Shown: positions 27,420 through 37,330 of the stretch, one piece after another
Position numbering within the stretch: position 1 is the first letter of the stretch
Layout: every line of letters starts with the position of its first letter
Assembly (NCBI GenBank): GCA_030831315.1
Contig: JAURLI010000052.1
Location: forward strand, 25,905-89,904
Source: Alphaproteobacteria bacterium
GTDB lineage: Bacteria > Pseudomonadota > Alphaproteobacteria > SMXQ01
Direction: 5' to 3'
DNA length: 64,000 nt
Program-made: the position numbers and the translations under genes
Notes under the pieces: generated by a model
What the model was told of the DNA's origin: nothing
What the model saw: only the letters and a program-made list of their open reading frames with translations
The model's database searches: none

Positions 27420-28286
27420 TCAGGCTGCCTCAAGGGCGCGCGCACCCTTGATCTGGGTGCGGTGCAGGACGCGGCGTGCCGTCGGCGTGAAGCCGTCGCG
27501 CCGGTGCAGGGTTGCGAGGTTGTCCCACATCAGCACATCCCGCTCGTTCCATACGTGGGTGACGGCGAACTGCGGTTGCGTCGCGTGTGCCCACAGCGCA
27601 TCGAGCAGCGCTTCGCTTTCGGCGAGGCCGAGGCCGGATATGTAGGCATTGCGGCGCCGGCCGAGGAACAGCGCATCGCGTCCGGTATAGGGATGGCGGA
27701 TGACCAGCGGATGGCGGGCGCCGGGTGCCTCGCGCGGGTCGGTCACTTCCTTGTAGCCCTTGCGCATCATGCCGGCCGAATTGTAGGTGGCGTCGTGCAC
27801 GCAGGTGCGCCCCTTGATCGCAGCCGTCAGGTGGGCGGGCATTTCGTCATGGGCCGCGTACATGTTGGCGAAGTAGGTATTGCCCTCGCCCTTGGGGATT
27901 TCGAGGCCAAGCAGCACCGCGCCCATCGGCGGCACGTCGATATAGGTCATGTCCGCGTGCCAGATGGCTTCGCCCGCGCCGAGGTTGCCGATCGGCTTGC
28001 CGTTTTCCATGACGTTGGAAATGACATTGATCTCCGGATGTTCCGGCAGGAAAGGCGCGCCGTATGGATTGGGGCCGGGCGGGTCTAGGTCACCGAACAG
28101 GCGGGTGAAGGCGATCAGTTCGTCGTCGCCGATATTCTGGTCCGGGAAGACAAGGATCAGGCGATCGCGCCATGCTTTCGCTATGGCATCCCGCGTCGCG
28201 GCATCGACGGGACGCGCCAGGTCGACGCCGGTGATGCGCGCGCCCAGTGCCGCATCCATGTTTTCGATCTTGATCGTCGTGGTCAT
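27420..28286 (-). CDS. TauD/TfdA-family Fe(II)/2-oxoglutarate dioxygenase (second copy)
   Basis: WHADMTY (HxD) and C-terminal MWDNLATLHRR blocks. Confidence 0.8.
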   Translation of the reverse strand: MTTTIKIENMDAALGARITGVDLARPVDAATRDAIAKAWRDRLILVFPDQNIGDDELIAFTRLFGDLDPPGPNPYGAPFLPEHPEINVISNVMENGKPIGNLGAGEAIWHADMTYIDVPPMGAVLLGLEIPKGEGNTYFANMYAAHDEMPAHLTAAIKGRTCVHDATYNSAGMMRKGYKEVTDPREAPGARHPLVIRHPYTGRDALFLGRRRNAYISGLGLAESEALLDALWAHATQPQFAVTHVWNERDVLMWDNLATLHRRDGFTPTARRVLHRTQIKGARALEAA

Positions 28287-28332
28287 GACGGCCTCCGGTT
28301 TTGCCCTTACTTACCCGCCCGGGATGCCTGTG

Positions 28333-29328
28333 TCACGCCTCCAGCACGATCTTGCCGATGTGCGCCGAGGATTCCATGCGGGCGTGGGCCTTTGCGGCGT
28401 CCGCCAACGGAAAGACCGAATCGATGACCGGGCGGATGCGTCCCTGTTCGATCAGGGGCCAGACCTTCTCGCGCAAGTTACGCGCTATGGCGGCCTTGAA
28501 CGCGACTTCGCGTGGGCGCAGCGTCGATCCGGTCAGGGTGATGCGGTTGCGCATCAAGGCCATCAGGTCGAGGGTCACTTTTGATCCGCCGAGAAACGCG
28601 ATCTGTACGATACGGCCGTCGGCAGCACAGGCCTTGAGGTTGCGCGCGACATAGTCGCCGCCGACCATGTCGAGGATGACGTCGGCGCCCTTGCCATTGG
28701 TCGCTTCGCGCACGGCTTCGACGAAATCCGTTTCCTTGTAATTGATCCCCTGCGCAGCGCCGAGTTCTACGCAGGCCGCGCATTTTTCGGCCGATCCCGC
28801 TGTCGCCAGCACGCGCGCGCCGAAGGCCGACGCCATTTGGATCGCGGTGATGCCGATGCCGCTGGTGCCGCCGTGGACGAGCAGCGTTTCTCCCCCCTGC
28901 AGGTGCGCCCGGTCGAACAGATTGGACCAGACCGTGAAGAAGGTTTCGGGCAGGGATGCGGCTTCCGTCATCGAAAGGCCCTTGGGTACCGGCAGGCATT
29001 GGCCCGCGGGCGCGGCCGCGTATTGGGCGTAGCCGCCGCCCGCAAGCAAGGCGCAGACCGCATCGCCGGTTCTCCACTCGGTGACGCCCGCGCCGACGGC
29101 GGCAATCTCGCCTGCGACTTCAAGGCCCGGCAGGGGCGAAGCGCCCGGCGGTGGCGGGTATGCTCCCTTGCGCTGGATGACGTCAGGCCGGTTGATGCCG
29201 GCGGCGCGCACGGCGATCAGAACCTCGCCCGGGGCCGGTGTCGGCACGGGCAAGGTTGCCGCGCGCAGGACATCGGGTGCGCCCGGTGTCGAAATTTCTA
29301 TGGCGGTCATGGTTTCAGGCAGGGTCAT
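28333..29328 (-). CDS. NADPH:quinone oxidoreductase (MDR superfamily, zeta-crystallin-like)
   Basis: GETLLVHGGTSGIGITAIQMA cofactor-binding block; no zinc ligands. Confidence 0.8.
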   Translation of the reverse strand: MTLPETMTAIEISTPGAPDVLRAATLPVPTPAPGEVLIAVRAAGINRPDVIQRKGAYPPPPGASPLPGLEVAGEIAAVGAGVTEWRTGDAVCALLAGGGYAQYAAAPAGQCLPVPKGLSMTEAASLPETFFTVWSNLFDRAHLQGGETLLVHGGTSGIGITAIQMASAFGARVLATAGSAEKCAACVELGAAQGINYKETDFVEAVREATNGKGADVILDMVGGDYVARNLKACAADGRIVQIAFLGGSKVTLDLMALMRNRITLTGSTLRPREVAFKAAIARNLREKVWPLIEQGRIRPVIDSVFPLADAAKAHARMESSAHIGKIVLEA

Positions 29329-29484
29329 GGCAGCGGTGTTTCAATGCGAGTTGTCGGAAGGAGGCGATTTTGCGCTGGCTCGCCCGCCCTGTCCACGCGC
29401 ATGACCGCAGCGAGATACGAAGTTGCGCGGGGCGCGTCACTTGGGCATAACGGACTGGAACACCGTGAACAGGAGATCTGAGCC

Positions 29485-30879
29485 GTGGCCGAACAGTCGC
29501 TGACCGAATATGTCGCCGAATTCATCACCACGACCTGTTACGAAGACATTCCCGCCGATGTAATCGAGCTGGGCCGCAAGTCCATCCTCGATGGTTTCGG
29601 CCTCGCGCTGTCGGGCAACCACGCCGCGTCCGGCGGCCTTGTGCGGGCGCACCTGGAAAGTCTCGGTCTCGGCGCCGGGGCCTGCACGGTGATCGGCTCG
29701 CGTCTCAAGATTGCGCCGCGCTTCGCGGCCTTCGCCAATGGTGTCGCCATTCATGCCGACGATTACGACGACACCCAGCTTGCCGTCGCCAAGGACCGCG
29801 TCTACGGGCTTTTGACCCATCCGACCGCGCCGTGTCTTCCTGCCGCACTTGCGATCGCCGAGCGCGACCGCCGGTCAGGCCGCGATTTCATGCTGGCCTA
29901 TCACCTCGGCATCGAGACCGAATGCAAGATCAGCGAGGCGATCAACCCGCGCCATTATCAGGAAGGTTTCCATTCGACGGCGACCTGCGGCACTTTCGCC
30001 GCCGCTGCCGCGGCATCGCGGCTGGCGGGCTTTGATCTGGCGACGACACGGCGCGCGCTGTCCATCGCCGGTTCGCAATCGGCGGGCCTGCGCGAAAACT
30101 TCGGTTCCATGACCAAGCCGTTCCATGCCGGGCGGGCATCCGAATCGGGCCTCGTCGCGGCGGATTTCGCCGGACGCGGCTGGACGGCGGCGGGAACCAT
30201 CCTCGAAGCGCCCCGCGGTTTCTTCCGCGCGGCGGGCGGCGGCTACGACGACGCGGCGATCCGCGGCAAGCTGGGCAAGCCTTGGACATTCGCCAACCCC
30301 GGCGTATCGATCAAGCCGCATCCGTCGGGCTCGCTCACCCATCCGGGCATGACCAAGATGCGCGAGTTGATCGCCGCCAACGGCATCAAGGCCACCGATG
30401 TCGTGTCGGTAAAGGTCGGCACCAACAAGAACATGCCGAATGCGCTGATCCATCATCGACCGACCGACGAGTTGCAGGCCAAGTTCTCGATGGAATTCTG
30501 CATGGCGATCCTGCTGCTCGACGGCAAGGCGGGCCTGTCCGAATTCAACGACGAAACCGTGGCGCGTGCGGATGTGAAGGCGATGATCGAGAAGATCGAT
30601 TTCGGCGTGCATCCGGAGGCGGAGGCCGCGGGTTACGACAAGATGACGACGATCATCGAGATCGCCCTCAAGGACGGGCGCAAGATCGAAGGGCGCGCCG
30701 ATTTCGGCAAGGGCAGCCCCGCCAACCCGATGTCCTTCGACGAGGTGGCGGAGAAATTCCTTGATTGCGCATCCTTCGCCGGCCACCCGGCCGACCGGGC
30801 GCGGGCGGTGGTGGACAGGGTGCGGGGGCTGGAAAAGGTCGCCGACATTGCCGAACTGACCGGCCTGCTCGCGGCCTGA
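29485..30879 (+). CDS. MmgE/PrpD family protein (second copy)
   Basis: 464 aa, PrpD-family blocks throughout. Confidence 0.75.
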   Translation: MAEQSLTEYVAEFITTTCYEDIPADVIELGRKSILDGFGLALSGNHAASGGLVRAHLESLGLGAGACTVIGSRLKIAPRFAAFANGVAIHADDYDDTQLAVAKDRVYGLLTHPTAPCLPAALAIAERDRRSGRDFMLAYHLGIETECKISEAINPRHYQEGFHSTATCGTFAAAAAASRLAGFDLATTRRALSIAGSQSAGLRENFGSMTKPFHAGRASESGLVAADFAGRGWTAAGTILEAPRGFFRAAGGGYDDAAIRGKLGKPWTFANPGVSIKPHPSGSLTHPGMTKMRELIAANGIKATDVVSVKVGTNKNMPNALIHHRPTDELQAKFSMEFCMAILLLDGKAGLSEFNDETVARADVKAMIEKIDFGVHPEAEAAGYDKMTTIIEIALKDGRKIEGRADFGKGSPANPMSFDEVAEKFLDCASFAGHPADRARAVVDRVRGLEKVADIAELTGLLAA

Positions 30880-30987
30880 GAGCCGGAAACCGGGGGCGGA
30901 GCGGGCGGCTGGACTCCCGCTTCTGCCGGGGCTTAAGATGCTTCCCAATGACAGGGCGAAAAAAGCCCGAGCCCCAGGGAGGCCAGC

Positions 30988-32031
30988 ATGCCCGCCACGA
31001 TCCCCGCGATCGATGCCGACGGTCATATTCTCGAACGTCAGGATGAAATCCGGAAATATCTCGATTCCCGGTGGGCGAATCGCGAGAGCGCGCTGTGGCC
31101 GGGCGGCCAGACCTGGGACCTGGAGCTGTCCGGCAAGTTGCCGCCACCCTACGGCTATCGCCGCAACATGAGCGCGCGCGAACAGCGCGAGTTGTGGACG
31201 CACATCTGCGACGATGATGAAATCGAGAAGGCGGTGCTGTTTCCGACCGGGTCGGGCAACATCGCCAAGAGCCAGGACCGCGCCTGGGCGCGCGACGTCT
31301 GCCGCGCCGCCAATCGCCACTTCGCCGAAGACTACATGACGGACCGGTTGTTCCCGGTGGGTGCGCTTCCAATGTGCGATCCGCAGGCGGCGGCGGCCGA
31401 AGTCGAATACGCGACGAAGGAGCTTGGCCTCAAGGGGTTCGAGGTGGTGACCGACGGCATGCCCTTCGGCCTTGGCGACACTTTCTTCGATCCGGTATTC
31501 GAGGCGGCGGAAAAGTTCGGCGCCACCATCGGCGTGCATGGCACGCGCCACTGGGCTCATGAATGGGGTGCGGACAAGCTCAGCACCTTTGCCGAGGTCC
31601 ATGCCTATGCCTTTCCCGCGGGCGTCATCCTGAATTTCACCTCGGCCCTGTGCCACGGGGTCAGCGTGAGGTTCCCCAGGCTCAAGCTCGGCTTTTTGGA
31701 AATCGGGGCGACCTGGCTGCCCTATTATCTGGACCGGCTCGATGAGCACTGGGAAAAGCGCGCGGAAGAGGAAATGCCGCATCTCAAGAAGAAGCCGTCG
31801 CAGACCTTTCGCGAATCTTCGATCAAGGTCTCGATCGAGGGCAAGGAAACACTCCTGCGTGAAACAATCGATTTTGTCGGCGCCGAACATCTGATCTACG
31901 CGACCGACGTTCCCCATTGGGACGGCGAGTTTCCCGAGAACCTCGAGGAAATGCGTGCCGCCAACAATCTGTCCGACGCGGAAAAGCGCGCGATCCTTCA
32001 CGACAATGCGGCCGCCTTGTTCGGCCTGTGA
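30988..32031 (+). CDS. Amidohydrolase-2 family metal-dependent hydrolase/decarboxylase (ACMSD-like TIM barrel)
   Basis: IDADGHILE N-terminal HxH-type block and GVHGTRHW / HWDGEFPE later blocks. Confidence 0.65.
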   Translation: MPATIPAIDADGHILERQDEIRKYLDSRWANRESALWPGGQTWDLELSGKLPPPYGYRRNMSAREQRELWTHICDDDEIEKAVLFPTGSGNIAKSQDRAWARDVCRAANRHFAEDYMTDRLFPVGALPMCDPQAAAAEVEYATKELGLKGFEVVTDGMPFGLGDTFFDPVFEAAEKFGATIGVHGTRHWAHEWGADKLSTFAEVHAYAFPAGVILNFTSALCHGVSVRFPRLKLGFLEIGATWLPYYLDRLDEHWEKRAEEEMPHLKKKPSQTFRESSIKVSIEGKETLLRETIDFVGAEHLIYATDVPHWDGEFPENLEEMRAANNLSDAEKRAILHDNAAALFGL

Positions 32032-32144
32032 TTTTTCGCCGCCCGTCCTCTAGGCCGGGCCGATATCAAGCGTAAAAGCGTTCGTCGCGAGTCAGGGGGC
32101 ACAAGACAAAACAATCCCTTGGCCCGCCTTACAGGGAGGCATCC

Positions 32145-33428
32145 ATGACGACAGTTCTCAGAACCGCTTTTCTCGGTGCGCTGTTCGCGTGCCTGTCGGT
32201 TTTTGCGGTCCTTTCGCCCGCGAAGGCCGATGCGGTCGCCGATTTCTACAAGGGCAAGAATGCGCAGATGATCATCGGATCGTCGGCGGGCGGCGGCTAC
32301 AACCAGTATGGCCGCCTGGTCGCCCGTCATATCGATCGGCACATCCCGGGCCATCCGTCGATCGCGGCCAAGAACCAGCCGGGCGGCTCCGGGCGCAAGG
32401 CGCTCAATTACGTTGCCAACGTTGCCAAGCCCGATGGCCTGACCATGGGCATCGTCAGCCGCAACACGCATTTCGACCGGCTTCTCTACGGGGACAAGTC
32501 GGTTGACGTCGATTCGACCAAGCTGGTCTGGCTCGGCAGCGCCAACAGCGAGGTGTCGCTCTGTGTGTCCTGGCACGCAACGCCCATCAAGACGATCCAG
32601 GATGCCCGCAACGGCATGACCATCGGTTCGTCGGGGCCGGTCGCCACCGATACGCTGATGGCGCGCATCCTCAACCAGATTGCTGATACCAAGATCAAGG
32701 TCATCCTCGGCTATCCGGGTTCGACCGAAGTGCATCTGGCGCTCGAGCGCGGCGAAGTGACGGGCCGTTGCGGCTTTGGCTGGGACAGCATCGTTTCGCG
32801 CTACTACGACTGGATCAAGGACAAGAAGATCAACCTGCTGGTGCAGCTTGCCACCAACAAGCATCCGGACCTTCCCAACGTTCCGTCGTTCAAGGACTTC
32901 GCCAAGACCGATACCGAACGCCAGATGCTGCAGATCTTCACGCTGCCCAATGAAATGGGACGTCCCTTCTTCGCTCGTTCGGGCATCCCGGCCGACCGCG
33001 TGAAGGCGCTGCGCGCTGCATTCGTGGCGGCGATGAAGGATCCGGCGCTGCTGGCGGAAGCAAAGAAGCAGCGTCTCGCCATCGAGGCACTCGACGGTGC
33101 CACGGTCGAAAAGATGGTGAAGGAGGTCTACGCCAGCCCCGCCGAAGCGGTGAAACTGGCGGCATCCATCGTGAACACGACGGAGAAGCTCGAGAAGCGC
33201 AAGGAGAACTTCTACACCGTCAGCGTCTCGCTGGGTGCGGTGAAGAAGAAAGGCCGCGAGCTGAGCTTCATGGAAAAGGGCAAGGAGGCGAAAGCCGTCC
33301 TCACCCGCGCGACCAAGGTTACGGTCGGCGGCGAGAAGGCCAAGACCTCGAAGCTCAAGGCCGGAATGACCTGCGACGTCACCTACGAAGGCAACCTGTC
33401 GGTCGCCAAGTCGGTCGCCTGCAAGTAA
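32145..33428 (+). CDS. Bug/TctC-family substrate-binding protein with C-terminal two-Cys extension (paralog 3, most divergent)
   Basis: TctC core to ~aa 330, then KKGRELSFMEKGKEAKAVLTRATKVTVGGEKAKTSKLKAGMTCDVTYEGNLSVAKSVACK. Confidence 0.8.
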   Translation: MTTVLRTAFLGALFACLSVFAVLSPAKADAVADFYKGKNAQMIIGSSAGGGYNQYGRLVARHIDRHIPGHPSIAAKNQPGGSGRKALNYVANVAKPDGLTMGIVSRNTHFDRLLYGDKSVDVDSTKLVWLGSANSEVSLCVSWHATPIKTIQDARNGMTIGSSGPVATDTLMARILNQIADTKIKVILGYPGSTEVHLALERGEVTGRCGFGWDSIVSRYYDWIKDKKINLLVQLATNKHPDLPNVPSFKDFAKTDTERQMLQIFTLPNEMGRPFFARSGIPADRVKALRAAFVAAMKDPALLAEAKKQRLAIEALDGATVEKMVKEVYASPAEAVKLAASIVNTTEKLEKRKENFYTVSVSLGAVKKKGRELSFMEKGKEAKAVLTRATKVTVGGEKAKTSKLKAGMTCDVTYEGNLSVAKSVACK

Positions 33429-33445
33429 AACGCCGTTTGGCGGAA

Positions 33446-33478
33446 AACGGGCGCCCGGTTCCGCCGGGCGCCCGTTTT
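33446..33478 (+). terminator. Rho-independent terminator after paralog 3
   Basis: AACGGGCGCCCGG-ttcc-CCGGGCGCCCGTT-TT. Confidence 0.7.
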
Positions 33479-33560
33479 GATGCGATATGGACGGCGGGCT
33501 TGGCGCCGTGTTCAAATGGCGAAAATGTGCGCGCAGGCCGCGCTGGAACAGGAGGAACAG

Positions 33561-34061
33561 ATGAGCAGCAGCGAAACCGTTCTGCCCCCGGATCAAGAGG
33601 CCCGTCACCGCGCGGCCGAGGCGAAGGTGCAGAGCTTCAAGTACGTCAAGCCGCAGCTGCCGGACGGTTCCAACAAGGGCATCGTGCGTCTTGCCGCGAC
33701 CGGCATGACCAAGGGCTTTCTCCAGATCATCCAGGACGGCGGGGAAAACAACCTGCATTTCCATGACGGCATGGACAGCTTCTGGATGGTCATCAAGGGC
33801 CGGGTGAAGTTTTACGGGCCGGGCGACAAGCTGATCGGCGAATACGGGCCGATGGAAGGACTGATCACGCCGGCCGGCGCGCGCTACTGGTTCGAGAAGG
33901 CTTCCGATGATGACCTCGAGCTTTTGCAGGTGGCCTCTTACGAGCAGGACGCGAGCAAGGCACGGCGCATCTCGGTTGCGGGCGACAAGCCGCAGTCGAA
34001 CCGCAACCAGTGGTTCGATGGCCAGAACGACAACGCGATGATTGACAAGACCCAGGCGTGA
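33561..34061 (+). CDS. Cupin-domain protein
   Basis: AGGAGG RBS before ATG 33561; HFHDGMDSFWMVIKGRVKFYGPGD cupin motifs; paralog of 46772..47305. Confidence 0.65.
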   Translation: MSSSETVLPPDQEARHRAAEAKVQSFKYVKPQLPDGSNKGIVRLAATGMTKGFLQIIQDGGENNLHFHDGMDSFWMVIKGRVKFYGPGDKLIGEYGPMEGLITPAGARYWFEKASDDDLELLQVASYEQDASKARRISVAGDKPQSNRNQWFDGQNDNAMIDKTQA

Positions 34062-34675
34062 GCGCGTCCGCCGAAGGGGGCGACCGTTTTACGGCGGCCA
34101 TCGCGGCCATCGACGCGGTCAATGCCCAGGACCCCACGCATGAGCGCCACCATGGTGAAGCGGGGGAGGCGGAAATGCCTTCCGCGTTGCTCTATGGCCA
34201 GCGCGTGAGCGCATGGCTGCTGCGTCTGGCGCCTGACGCGTCCGAAGAATTGCGTCTTGCCGCCCGCGCCCAGCACATCGCGCGCTGGAAAATTCCCCGC
34301 AGTTCTTATCCCGATGGCCGCGACGGCTATCTCGCCTGGCGTTCGGCCCTTGCCCGCTTTCACGCCGAGACGGCGGGAGAAATTCTTTCCCGTTGCGGTT
34401 ACGGGGACGAGACCGTCGCGCGGGTCGGATCACTCCTGCAAAAGCGGGGTCTCAAGCGCGACGCGGAAGTGCAGGCGCTGGAAGACGCGGCTTGCCTGGT
34501 CTTTCTTGAAAATCAGTTTGCCGGTTTCGCGACCAAGCACGCGGACGAAAAGGTCGTCGATATCTTGCGCAAGACGGTCGCCAAGATGTCATCCGAGGGG
34601 GTGGCCGAGGCGATGAAATTGGGCGCAAAACTGCCGGCCACAGCGCGGGCGCTGATTGCCCGCGCCCTTGGATGA
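34058..34675 (+). CDS. DUF4202-family protein
   Basis: GTG overlapping upstream stop; blocks LAARAQHIARWKIPRSSYPDGRDGYLAWR as recalled for DUF4202. Confidence 0.55.
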   Translation: MSASAEGGDRFTAAIAAIDAVNAQDPTHERHHGEAGEAEMPSALLYGQRVSAWLLRLAPDASEELRLAARAQHIARWKIPRSSYPDGRDGYLAWRSALARFHAETAGEILSRCGYGDETVARVGSLLQKRGLKRDAEVQALEDAACLVFLENQFAGFATKHADEKVVDILRKTVAKMSSEGVAEAMKLGAKLPATARALIARALG

Positions 34676-34788
34676 GCGAATATATATAAAAACATCTAGG
34701 TGTTATTAAGTAATTATCAAGGGTTCTTGGTCATCGTGGGGCATCAAACGCCTTGTCGTCACTCGGCAAAGGCCAGAGGAGAGCCGCC

Positions 34789-35175
34789 ATGACCATGACC
34801 GAACACCCAGTTGAAAGCCTGTTTCGCCGTCTTGGCGGGGGCATCGCCGTCGACGCCGCCGTTGACCTTTTTTACGGCAAGGTGCTGGGTGATCCGCTCC
34901 TGAAGCCCTTTTTCGAAGGGGTCGACATGAAGCGCCAGCGGGCGCAGCAGAAGGCCTTTCTGACCTTTGCATTTGGCGGTCCCAACACCTACACGGGCCA
35001 GGACTTGCGCAAGGCCCATGCCGGTCTCGTCGCCCGTGGTTTGTCGGACAAGCATTTCGATGCGGTCGCCGGCCACCTTCAGGCAACCCTCAAGGAACTG
35101 GGCGTTCCCCAGAACCTGCAGGACGAAGTGATGACGATCGCGGCCTCGACCCGCGGCGACGTCCTCGGCCGCTGA
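34789..35175 (+). CDS. Truncated (2/2) hemoglobin, group I (trHbN-like)
   Basis: GAGGAGAG RBS; LFRRLGG...FYGKVLGDPLLKPFF...QKAFLTFAFGGP...HFDAVAGHL globin blocks; AT-rich promoter upstream. Confidence 0.8.
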   Translation: MTMTEHPVESLFRRLGGGIAVDAAVDLFYGKVLGDPLLKPFFEGVDMKRQRAQQKAFLTFAFGGPNTYTGQDLRKAHAGLVARGLSDKHFDAVAGHLQATLKELGVPQNLQDEVMTIAASTRGDVLGR

Positions 35176-35291
35176 TCTTTTCCGGCTTGCCCCCTGCCCA
35201 GGCCTTAACCTGTCGTTGAGGAATAGGGGGCATTCTGCCTGCAGATTTGGCTTATCCCGCCCGCGAAAGGGCGGTCCTGTGGGGGAGCCCA

Positions 35292-35642
35292 GTGAGCGAC
35301 GCAGGCAGCAAGAAAGACGGCAGGGAACGCAGGCAGCACGCCCGCGTGGGCGTTTCCGTGCGTGCAAGCCTTGAAGTTCCGCCGCGTGCGCCGCTCGTCT
35401 GCGAGATCTACAACATGTCCGTCGGTGGTGCGCTGATGAATTGCGCGCAAAGCGTGCGCCTGCATCAGCCGGTCGTTTTGCATGTTGACGACTTCGGGCC
35501 CATTTCCGGCCATGTCGCCCGCGTATCCTCGACCGTCATCGCTATCTCTTTTGACGATTGCGACGAGGCCGCGCTGGCGGATTTCCTGATCCGCCGCCAG
35601 ACCGGCCTTCGGGCCGCCGATCTGGCGACTTCAGCCGGCTAG
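35292..35642 (+). CDS. PilZ-domain protein
   Basis: RRQHARV (RxxxR) and NMSVGGA (D/NxSxxG) c-di-GMP-binding motifs; GTG start with GGGGGAG RBS, alternative TTG 35247. Confidence 0.5.
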   Translation: MSDAGSKKDGRERRQHARVGVSVRASLEVPPRAPLVCEIYNMSVGGALMNCAQSVRLHQPVVLHVDDFGPISGHVARVSSTVIAISFDDCDEAALADFLIRRQTGLRAADLATSAG

Positions 35643-35853
35643 TTCCCGGCGTTTCCGCGCCTTCCGAATCGTTTTGACAGTGCCGAGAGCGGCGCGGCAT
35701 CATCGCGCCAATCCCGGCCGCTTGTGGCCGGGCGATTTGCAAGCTCTGGCTTGGCGCAAATGTGCATGCCACCGGCATCGTGCCGGGGTATGGGCCCCCG
35801 AAGAAGGCCGCGTTCCAGCAACACCTCGCCGCCTTCTTTTGGGAGACACGAAA

Positions 35854-37119
35854 ATGACATTCTCATTGCGCGCGCGCGCCTTACTCGGCGCGGCAGTTTC
35901 GTTCGGCCTTGCCTCTACAGCATCGGCGGAGACGCCCGCCGAATTCTTCAAGGGCAAGACCGTCAACATGTACATTTCCTCGGGCGCGGGCGGCACCAAC
36001 GATGCCTATGCGCGCCTGATCGCCGAACACATCACCCGGCACCTGCCGGGTCAGCCCAACGTGCTGCCGCGCAACATGCCGGGTGCGGGCGGGCTGAAGG
36101 CGACGAAGTACCTTTATACCGTCGCGCCCAAGGACGGGCTCGCGATGGGTGTTGTGCAACGCGCCGTCGCGGTGCAGCCGCTGCTCGGCATCAAGGGGGC
36201 GGATTTCAATCCGCTCGAATTCAACTGGGTCGGCTCCACCGCCCAGGAAGTTTCCGTCGCGGTCGCCTGGAAGACTTCGAAGGTTCAATCGATCAAGGAG
36301 GCCGTGCAGAACGAACTGGTGGTGGGTTCGTCCGGCGTCGGCAACGACACCGGCGCGTTCCCGCGCGTCGTGAATTACTTCCTCGGCACCAAGGTTCGCC
36401 CCATCCACGGCTATGTCAGCGGCACCGACATCACGCTGGCCATGGAGCGCGGCGAAGTGCATGGCCGCTTCGGCTGGTCGTGGGGCTCGCTCAAGAGCCG
36501 CGAAGCGCGCTGGCTCAAGGACGGCTCGATTAAGGTCATCCTGCAGATGGGTCTCAAGAAGGCGCCAGACCTCGATGCGCCGCTGGTGCTCGATCTCGCC
36601 AAGACGCCCGAGGACCGCAAGGCGATGGAAGTGATCTTCGCCGCCACCACCATCGGCTGGCCGTCGCTGTTGCCGCCGAAGGTGGCCGCCGAACGCGTCG
36701 CCGCGTTCCGCGCCGCTTATGCCGCGACCGTGAAGGACCCTGCCTTCGTGAAGGGGGCGGAGAAGCGCGGGCTTGAGCTCGATCCGTTGAGCGGCGAGGA
36801 AATCCAGTCGATCATCGCCAACATCTATGCGTCTTCGCCCGACATCGTCGAGCGCGCCCGCAAGGCCTACGCGCCGGGCGGCAAGGTCGAAATGGCGAAG
36901 GTCCTCAACGCCAAGGGCAAGATCGCCAAGATCAACAAGAAGGGCACGCGCATGACCATCGATGACGGCAAGGCCAAGGTCGAGGCGCGCATCGCCGGTG
37001 ATACCAAGATCACCATTGCCGGCGAAGCGGCCAAGCGCGAGGCGCTCAAGCAGGACTTGACCTGCGCGGTGACGCTGGTGGCTTCCGGCGCGGTTGCGCA
37101 CGCGGTTACCTGCGATTGA
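35854..37119 (+). CDS. Bug/TctC-family substrate-binding protein with C-terminal two-Cys extension (paralog 4)
   Basis: ATG 35854 with GGGAGA RBS; signal peptide; TctC core; extension GKIAKINKKGTRMTIDDGKAKVEARIAGDTKITIAGEAAKREALKQDLTCAVTLVASGAVAHAVTCD. Confidence 0.85.
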   Translation: MTFSLRARALLGAAVSFGLASTASAETPAEFFKGKTVNMYISSGAGGTNDAYARLIAEHITRHLPGQPNVLPRNMPGAGGLKATKYLYTVAPKDGLAMGVVQRAVAVQPLLGIKGADFNPLEFNWVGSTAQEVSVAVAWKTSKVQSIKEAVQNELVVGSSGVGNDTGAFPRVVNYFLGTKVRPIHGYVSGTDITLAMERGEVHGRFGWSWGSLKSREARWLKDGSIKVILQMGLKKAPDLDAPLVLDLAKTPEDRKAMEVIFAATTIGWPSLLPPKVAAERVAAFRAAYAATVKDPAFVKGAEKRGLELDPLSGEEIQSIIANIYASSPDIVERARKAYAPGGKVEMAKVLNAKGKIAKINKKGTRMTIDDGKAKVEARIAGDTKITIAGEAAKREALKQDLTCAVTLVASGAVAHAVTCD

Positions 37120-37142
37120 CCGTATTGCAGGTGTATTTGTGA

Positions 37143-37170
37143 AAGGGCGGGGGATTCCCCGCCCTTTTTC
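37143..37170 (+). terminator. Rho-independent terminator after paralog 4
   Basis: GGGCGGGGG-att-CCCCGCCC-TTTTT. Confidence 0.7.
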
Positions 37171-37330
37171 TTGCTTAAAGCCGGGTTTGACTCGCGTCAT
37201 TCAGTCGGGGCATCATTTTCCATAATTCGGGCCATCGCCCCAAGATCAAGAAACCGCCACGACAGGAACGCGGCGCCCGACAGCGACGCCTGTTTCTGGC
37301 CAATAACGAACAACGACACGGAGGCCAGTC

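Noticed and set aside
29875-32001. 708 aa minus-strand ORF
   Set aside because: Antisense to PrpD2 and the amidohydrolase-2 gene. No recognisable domain.
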